From: the human T2T-CHM13v2.0 reference genome, Homo sapiens
Direction: 5' to 3' (one strand)
DNA: 64,000 bases
Assembly (NCBI RefSeq): GCF_009914755.1
Contig: NC_060948.1
The notes below the pieces were generated by a model, which searched no databases, was not told where the DNA came from, and saw only the letters and a program-made list of their open reading frames with translations. How positions within the stretch are numbered: the stretch's first letter is position 1; each line of letters begins with the position of its first letter. The position numbers and the translations under genes were made by a program. This document shows, one piece after another, positions 55,901 to 64,000 of this stretch.

Positions 55901-58900
55901 AGAATGGTCTCGAATTGAATGGAATCGTATGGAATGGCATCACACGGAATGGAATGGACAGCCACGGAATGGAATGGACACCCACGGAATGGAATGCACT
56001 CGAATGCAATGGAGTCGACACTAATGGACTGGAATAGAATGGACTCGACTGGTACGGACTCCAATGGAATGGAATCGAATGGAAGGGAATCGAACGGAAT
56101 GGACTCGAAGGGAAAAGACTGCAATGGAAAGGTCTCCAATGGAATGGAAATTAATGGAATGGAATGGAATCGAATGAAATGGAGTCAAAAGGAATGGAAT
56201 CGAATGGCAAGAAATCGAATGTAATGGAATCGCAAGGAATTGATGTGAACGGAACGGAATGGAATGGAATCCAAAGGAATGGAATAGAATGGAATGGAAT
56301 CGAATGGAAAGGACTCGAATGGAAATCACTCGAATAGAATGCAATTTAATAAAATAGGATCAAATGTAATGGAATGGAATGGAAAGGAATCGAAACGAAA
56401 GGAATGGAGACAGATGGAATGGAATGGAACAGAGAGCAATGGTATAGAATGGAATGGAATCATCTGGAATGGAAGTGAATGGAATGGAATAATATGAAAC
56501 GGAATGGAATTTAATGGAATGGAATGCCCTTGTATTAAATGGACTGGAATGGAATGGACTCGAACAGAGTGGAATGGAAAGTGTTGAAATAGAATGGAAT
56601 GGACTCGTTTGGAATGGTCTAGTATGCAATGCAATCGACTGGCAGGGAATCAAAAGGAATGTAATCGAATGGATTGGACTGGAATGCAATGGACTCGAAT
56701 AGATTGGAAACGGAAAGCAAAGGAATGGAATGGAATAGTATGGAATGGAATGGAAAGGAATGGAGAGGAATAGACTAGAGTGGAATGGAATGGACTCGAA
56801 AGCAATGGACTGGAATGGAACTTTCTTGAATGGACTGGAATCAAACGGAATGGAATGCAATGCAATCAAATGGCATGGAATAAAATAGAATGAAAGAGAA
56901 TGAAATGGAATTGAATCGAATGGAATCGAATGGATTGGAAAGGAATAGAATGGAATGGAATGGAATTGACTCAAATGGAATGGACTAGAATGGAATGGAT
57001 TCGAATGGAAGGCAAAGGAATGGAATCTATTGGAATGGACTGTAATGGAATGGAATGGAAGGGATTGGAATGGACTCGAATGGAATGGACTGCAATAGAA
57101 AGGATTCGAATGGAATGAAAAAGAATTGAATGGAATAGAACAGAATGGAATCAAATCGAATGAAATGGAATGGAATAGAAAGGAATGGAATGAAATGGAA
57201 TGGAAAGGATTTGAATGGAATGCAATCGAATGGAATGAAATCGAATGGAATGGAATCGAACGGAATGGAATAAAATGGAAGAAAACTGGCAAGAAATGGA
57301 GTCGAAATGAATGGAGTGTTATGGAACGGACTCAAAAGGAATTGAATGTAATAGAATGGAGTGGAGTGGACTCGAATATAATGGACTGGAATGGAATGAA
57401 ATCACATGGAATGGGAACGAATGGAATGGAATGGAAAGGAATGGAATCGAATGGAAAGGAATCGAATGGAAGGGAATGAAATTGAATCAACAGGAATGGA
57501 AGGGAGTAGAATAGACGGTAATGGAATGGACTCGAATAGAATGGACACGAATGCTCAAATTGAATGGACTCGAATGGAATGGAAACGAAAGGAATGTCAT
57601 CGAATGGAATTGAATCGATTGGAATGAAATCACATAGAATGGAGTGGAATCAAATGGAATTGAATCGAAAGGAAAGGAAGCGAATGGACTGAAATGAAAT
57701 GGAATGGAATTGAATGGAAATTAATGCAATGGAATAGAATGGAACGAAATTTCACGGAATGGAATCAAACTGAATGGAATCAAATCAATGGAATATAATC
57801 AAATGGAATGGAAAGGAATTGAATGGAGTAGATTGGATTGGATGGGATTGGAATGAAATGTACTGGAAAGGACTCGAATTTCATGAAACGGAATGGAATG
57901 AATTAGAACGGAATGGACTCGAATGGAATGGAATGTCATGGAATGGCATCAAATGGAATGGAATCGAATGCGATGGAATGCTATGGAATGGAATGGAATG
58001 CATTGGAATGGAATGTCCTCTAATGGAATGTATTCGAGTGGAATGGAATCGAATATAATGGAGTCTAATGAAATGGAATTGAAAGGAATGGGACCGAATA
58101 CAATGGAATATACTGGAATGTAATGTAATGAACTCGAATGTAATTGACTGGAATGGAATGTACATGAATGGAATGTAATCGAATGGAAAGCAATCCAATG
58201 GAATAGAATCTAATGCAATAAAACCGACTGAGATAGAGTAGAATGTAATGGAATGGAGTGCAGTGCAATGGAAGGGAATGGAATTGAATGCAATGGAATG
58301 GAATGGAATGGAATGGAATGGAATGGAATGGAATGGGATGGAATGGTATGGAATGGATAGTAATGGACTGGAGTGAAATGGACTGGAAAAGAATGGACTC
58401 AAATTGAAAGGGCTGGAAAGGAATGGAGTCAAATGGAATGGTCTGGAATGGAATGAACATGAATGTAATGCAATCCAATAGAATGGAATCGAATGGCATG
58501 GAATATAAAGAAATGGAATCGAAGAGAATGGAAACAAATGGAATGGAATTGAATGGAATGGAATTGAATGGAATGGGAACGAATGGAGTGAAATTGTATG
58601 CAGTAGAAGAGAATAGAATGGAATGCAAGCGAAAGGAAAGGAATGGATTGGAATGGAATGGAATTCATTGGAATGGAAGGGAATGTAGTGTAATTGACAG
58701 GCCTGGAATAAAGTGGAATGCTACGGTCTCGAATGGAATAAAAATGTATGGAATGGAATGCAATGAAACGGAATCGAATGTCATAGAATGTAATGGAATG
58801 CAAAAAAATGGACTCCAAAATCATTGACTGGAAAGGCTGGGTGTCGAAAGGAATTGACTCCAATGGAATGGAATCGAATGGAATGGAAGTGAATAGAATC

Positions 58901-61900
58901 GAACTAAATCGAATGGAATGGAATTGATAGGAACGGAATGGAAAGGAATGCAATGATTTGGCATGGAATGGAATCGAATGGCATCGAATGGAATGGAATG
59001 GAATGCAATGGAATGGAATGTATTAGAATGTAATGAACTTTAATGGAATGTACTCGAATGGATTCGACTGGAATGGAATGTTCTCGAAGTGAATGGACTC
59101 CAATGGAATGGATTCGAAAGGAATGGAATCTAATGGAATGGAATTAAATGGAAATGAATCAAATTGAATAGAACGGAATTGAATTGAATGGAATCGAATG
59201 CAATGGAATCTAATGAAACGGAAAGGAAAGGAATGGAATGGATTGGAATGGAATGGGCTGGAATGGAATGGAATCGAAACGAATGGAATGGAATCGAACT
59301 GAAGAGACTGGAATGGAATGCACTGGAATGGAAGGGAATGTAATGGAAGGTTCTCGAAAAAAATGGAATCGAAAGGAATGGAAATGAATGGAACGGAATA
59401 GAGTCGAATGGAATTCAATGGAATGGAATGGACTAGAGTGAAATGGAATCGAACCACAAGGAATGGACAGGAATAGAATGGTCTCGAATTGAATGGAATC
59501 GTATGGAATGGCATCAAACGGAATGGAATGGACAGCCACGGAATGGAATGGACACCCACGGAATGGAATGCACTCGAATGCAATGGAGTCGACACTAATG
59601 GACTGGAATAGAATGGACTCGACTGGTACGGACTCCAATGGAATGGAATCGAATGGAAGGGAATCGAACGGAATGGACTCGAAGGGAAAAGACTGCAATG
59701 GAAAGGTCTCCAATGGAATGGAAATTAATGGAATGGAATGGAATCGAATGAAATGGAGTCAAAAGGAATGGAATCGAATGGCAAGAAATCGAATGTAATG
59801 GAATCGCAAGGAATTGATGTGAACGGAACGGAATCGAATGGAATCCAAAGGAATGGAATAGAATGGAATGGAATCGAATGGAAAGGACTCGAATGGAAAT
59901 CACTCGAATAGAATGCAATTTAATAAAATAGGATCAAATGTAATGGAATGGAATGGAAAGGAATCGAAACGAAAGGAATGGAGACAGATGGAATGGAATG
60001 GAACAGAGAGCAATGGTATAGAATGGAATGGAATCATCTGGAATGGAATTGAATGGAATGGAATAATATGAAATGGAATGGAATGGAATGGAATGCCCTT
60101 GAATTAAATGGACTGGAATGGAATGGACTCGAACAGAGTGGAATGGAAAGTGTTGAAATAGAATGGAATGGACTCGTTTGGAATGGTCTAGTATGCAATG
60201 CAATCGACTGGCAGGGAATCAAAAGGAATGTAATCGAATGGATTGGACTGGAATGCAATGGACTCGAATAGATTGGAAACGGAAAGCAAAGGAATGGAAT
60301 GGAATAGTATGGAATGGAATGGAAAGGAATGGAGAGGAATAGACTAGAGTGGAATGGAATGGACTCGAAAGCAATGGACTGAAATGGAACTTTCTTGAAT
60401 GGACTGGAATCAAACGGAATGGAATGCAATGCAATCAAATGGCATGGAATAAAATAGAATGAAAGAGAATCAAATGGAATTGAATGGAATGGAATCGAAT
60501 GGATTGGAAAGGAATAGAATGGAATGGAATGGAATTGACTCAAATGGAATGGACTAGAATATAATGGATTCGAATGGAAGGCAAAGGAATGGAATCTATT
60601 GGAATGGACTGTAATGGAATGGAATGGAAAGGATTGGAATGGACTCGAATGGAATGGACTGCAATAGAAAGGATTCGAATGGAATGAAAATGAATTGAAT
60701 GGAATAGAACAGAATGGAATCAAATCGAATGAAATGGAATGGAATAGAAAGGAATGGAATGAAATGGAATGGAAAGGATTCGAATGGAATGCAATCGAAT
60801 GGAATGCAATCAAATGGAATGGAATCGAACGGAATGGAATAAAATGGAAGAAAACTGGCAAGAAATGGAGTCGAAATGAATGGAGTGTTATGGAACCGAC
60901 TCAAAAGGAATTGAATGTAATAGAATGGAGTGGAGTGGACTCGAATATAATGGACTGGAATGGAATGAAATCACATGGAATGGGAACGAATGGAATGGAA
61001 TGGAAAGGAATGGAATCGAATGGAAAGGAATCGAATGGAAGGGAATGAAATTGAATCAACAGGAATGGAAGGGAGTAGAATAGACGGTAATGGAATGGAC
61101 TCGAATAGAATGGACACGAATGCTCAAATTGAATGGACTCGAATGGAATGGAAACGAAAGGAATGTCATCGAATGGAATTGAATCGATTGGAATGAAATC
61201 ACATAGAATGGAGTGGAATCAAATGGAATTGAATCGAAAGGAAAGGAAGCGAATGGACTGAAATGAAATGGAATGGAATTGAATGGAAATTAATGCAATG
61301 GAATAGAATGGAACGAAATTTCACGGAATGGAATCAAACTGAATGGAATCAAATCAATGGAATATAATCAAATGGAATGGAAAGGAATTGAATGGAGTAG
61401 ATTGGATTGGATGGGATTGGAATGAAATGTACTGGAAAGGACTCGAATTTCATGAAACGGAATGGAATGAATTAGAACGGAATGGACTCGAATGGAATGG
61501 AATGTCATGGAATGGCATCAAATGGAATGGAATCGAATGCGATGGAATGCTATGGAATGGAATGGAATGCATTGGAATGGAATGTCCTCTAATGGAATGT
61601 ATTCGAGTGGAATGGAATCGAATATAATGGAGTCTAATGAAAGGGAATTGAAAGGAATGGGACCGAATACAATGGAATATACTGGAATGTAATGTAATGA
61701 ACTCGAATGTAATTGACTGGAATGGAATGTACATGAATGGAATGTAATCGAATGGAAAGCAATCCAATGGAATAGAATCTAATGCAATAAAATCGACTCA
61801 AATAGAGTAGAATGTAATGGAATGGAGTGCAGTGCAATGGAATGGAATGGAATGGAATGCAATGGAATGGAATGGAATGGAATGGAATGGGATGGAATGG

Positions 61901-64000
61901 TATGGAATGGATAGTAATGGACTGGAGTGAAATGGACTGGAAAAGAATGGACTCAAATTGAAAGGGCTCGAAAGGAATGGAGTCAAATGGAATGGTCTGG
62001 AATGGAATGAACACGAATGTAATGCAATCCAATAGAATGGAATCGAATGGCATGGAATATAAAGAAATGGAATCGAAGAGAATGGAAACAAATGGAATGG
62101 AATTGAATGGAATGGAATGGAATGGAATGGGAACGAATGGAGTGAAATTTTATGCAGTAGAAGAGAATAGAATGGAATGCAAGCGAAAGGAAAGGAATGG
62201 ATTGGAATGGAAAGGAATTCATTGGAATGGAAGGGAATGTAGTGTAATGGACAGGCCTGGAATAAAGTGGAATGCTATGGTCTCGAATGGAATAAAAATG
62301 TATGGAATGGAATGCAATGAAACGGAATCGAATGTCATAGAATGTAATGGAATGCAAAAAAATGGACTCCAAAATCATTGACTGGAAAGGCTGGGTGTCG
62401 AAAGGAATTGACTCCAATGGAATGGAATCGAATGGAATGGAAGTGAATAGAATCGAACTAAATCGAATGGAATGGAATTGATAGGAACGGAATGGAAAGG
62501 AATGCAATGATTTGGCATGGAATGGAATCGAATGGCATCGAATGGAATGGAATGGAATGCAATGGAATGGAATGTATTAGAATGTAATGAACTTTAATGG
62601 AATGTACTCGAATGGATTCGACTGGAATGGAATGTTCTCGAAGTGAATGGACTCCAATGGAATGGATTCGAAAGGAATGGAATCTAATGGAATGGAATTA
62701 AATGGAAATGAATCAAATTGAATAGAACGGAATTGAATTGAATGGAATCGAATGCAATGGAATCTAATGAAACGGAAAGGAAAGGAATGGAATGGATTGG
62801 AATGCAATGGGCTGGAATGGAATGGAATCGAAACGAATGGAATGGAATCGAACTGAAGAGACTGGAATGGAATGCACTGGAATGGTAGGGAATGTAATGG
62901 AAGGTTCTCGAAAAAAATGGAATCGAAAGGAATGGAATTGAATGGAACGGAATAGAGTCGAATGGAATTCAATGGAATGGAATGGACTAGAGTGAAATGG
63001 AATCGAACCACAAGGAATGGACAGGAATAGAATGGTCTCGAATTGAATGGAATCGTATGGAATGGCATCAAACGGAATGGAATGGACAGCCACGGAATGG
63101 AATGGACACCCACGGAATGGAATGCACTCGAATGCAATGGAGTCGACACTAATGGACTGGAATAGAATGGACTCGACTGGTACGGACTCCAATGGAATGG
63201 AATCGAATGGAAGGGAATCGAACGGAATGGACTCGAAGGGAAAAGACTGCAATGGAAAGGTCTCCAATGGAATGGAAATTAATGGAATGGAATGGAATCG
63301 AATGAAATGGAGTCAAAAGGAATGGAATCGAATGGCAAGAAATCGAATGTAATGGAATCGCAAGGAATTGATGTGAACGGAACGGAATGGAATGGAATCC
63401 AAAGGAATGGAATAGAATGGAATGGAATCGAATGGAAAGGACTCGAATGGAAATCACTCGAATAGAATGCAATTTAATAAAATAGGATCAAATGTAATGG
63501 AATGGAATGGAAAGGAATCGAAACGAAAGGAATGGAGACAGATGGAATGGAATGGAACAGAGAGCAATGGTATAGAATGGAATGGAATCATCTGGAATGG
63601 AATTGAATGGAATGGAATAATATGAAATGGAATGGAATGGAATGGAATGCCCTTGAATTAAATGGACTGGAATGGAATGGACTCGAACAGAGTGGAATGG
63701 AAAGTGTTGAAATAGAATGGAATGGACTCGTTTGGAATGGTCTAGTATGCAATGCAATCGACTGGCAGGGAATCAAAAGGAATGTAATCGAATGGATTGG
63801 ACTGGAATGCAATGGACTCGAATAGATTGGAAACGGAAAGCAAAGGAATGGAATGGAATAGTATGGAATGGAATGGAAAGGAATGGAGTGGAATAGACTA
63901 GAGTGGAATGGAATGGACTCGAAAGCAATGGACTGGAATGGAACTTTCTTGAATGGACTGGAATCAAACGGAATGGAATGCAATGCAATCAAATGGCATG
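52956..64000 (+). repeat. DYZ1 units I (52956-56509), J (56510-60078), K (60079-63632) and partial L (63633-64000)
   Basis: Unit lengths are 3,554, 3,569 and 3,554 bp. They lack the E-H markers. I and J share 'aacatgaat'; J and K share 'ggagaggaat'. Confidence 0.88.

Larger units (their letters stand above)
1..64000 (+). repeat. DYZ1: Human satellite 3 array, DYZ1 family (Yq12 heterochromatin); degenerate (GGAAT)n in ~3.5 kb tandem units, purine-rich strand on +
   Basis: Continuous GGAAT pentamers with variants (CGAAT, GGACT, TGAAT, GCAAT, AGAAT). A landmark recurs at 1893, 5437, 8971, 12520, 16039, 19553, 23095, 26609, 30097, 33641, 37175, 40688, 44232, 47766, 51315, 54849, 58423 and 61977. 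Each unit has one constant AGGCCT and one constant GAATTC, as expected for the 3.4-3.6 kb HaeIII/EcoRI DYZ1 repeat. The array runs off both window ends. Confidence 0.97.

Noticed and set aside
1-64000. Hundreds of ORFs, up to 310 aa (e.g. 56360-57292 on -, 3504-4331 on -)
   Set aside because: Pure (GGAAT)n and (ATTCC)n contain no stop codons and translate to MEWNG/FHSIP repeats in every frame. The ORFs overlap in all frames, recur with the unit and show no recognisable domain.
1-64000. CRISPR-like or other prokaryotic repeat-spacer system
   Set aside because: There are no unique spacers and no cas or other genes. The sequence is continuous primate satellite.
1-64000. HSat2, or autosomal HSat3 such as the chr9 array
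   Set aside because: The HSat2-type CATTCGATTC/ATGATG pattern and ~1.8 kb period are not dominant. The 3.5 kb period and DYZ1-specific sequences are present.
1-64000. DYZ2 (HSat1B) blocks, Alu/L1 insertions or inversions known from Yq12
   Set aside because: I saw no AT-rich or Alu sequence, no poly(A) tail with target-site duplication and no switch to ATTCC on the + strand.
1-64000. EWS-FLI1-type GGAA microsatellite or G-quadruplex array
   Set aside because: The period is 5 (GGAAT), not (GGAA)n, and clustered G3 runs are absent.

Overview
The whole 64 kb window is human satellite 3 (HSat3): degenerate (GGAAT)n/(ATTCC)n pentamers on a single strand with no inversion. The pentamers form 18 complete head-to-tail units of 3,499-3,569 bp plus a partial one. 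Unit size, one constant HaeIII/StuI site and one constant EcoRI site per unit, and exact matches to the classic Y1.1/Y1.2 sexing-primer sequences (recalled from memory) identify it as DYZ1 of Yq12 heterochromatin. I see no genes, RNA genes, transposons, DYZ2/Alu blocks or CRISPR array, and all listed ORFs are artefacts of pentamer periodicity. I found no new protein-coding system. The real information is architectural. Diagnostic variants order the units as A B C D E F G H | A' B' (C/H chimera) | A'' B'' C'' D'' I J K L(partial). This gives an 8-unit 28.2 kb recurrence, a recent 3-unit ~10.6 kb tandem repeat with a mappable crossover, an older 2-unit alternation and a divergent F/G clade. Each unit also carries three perfect heat-shock elements and one AP-1 site. 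All comparisons were made by eye from the sequence and the ORF-track coordinates, so variant counts are lower bounds and unit boundaries use an arbitrary phase (window position 1).
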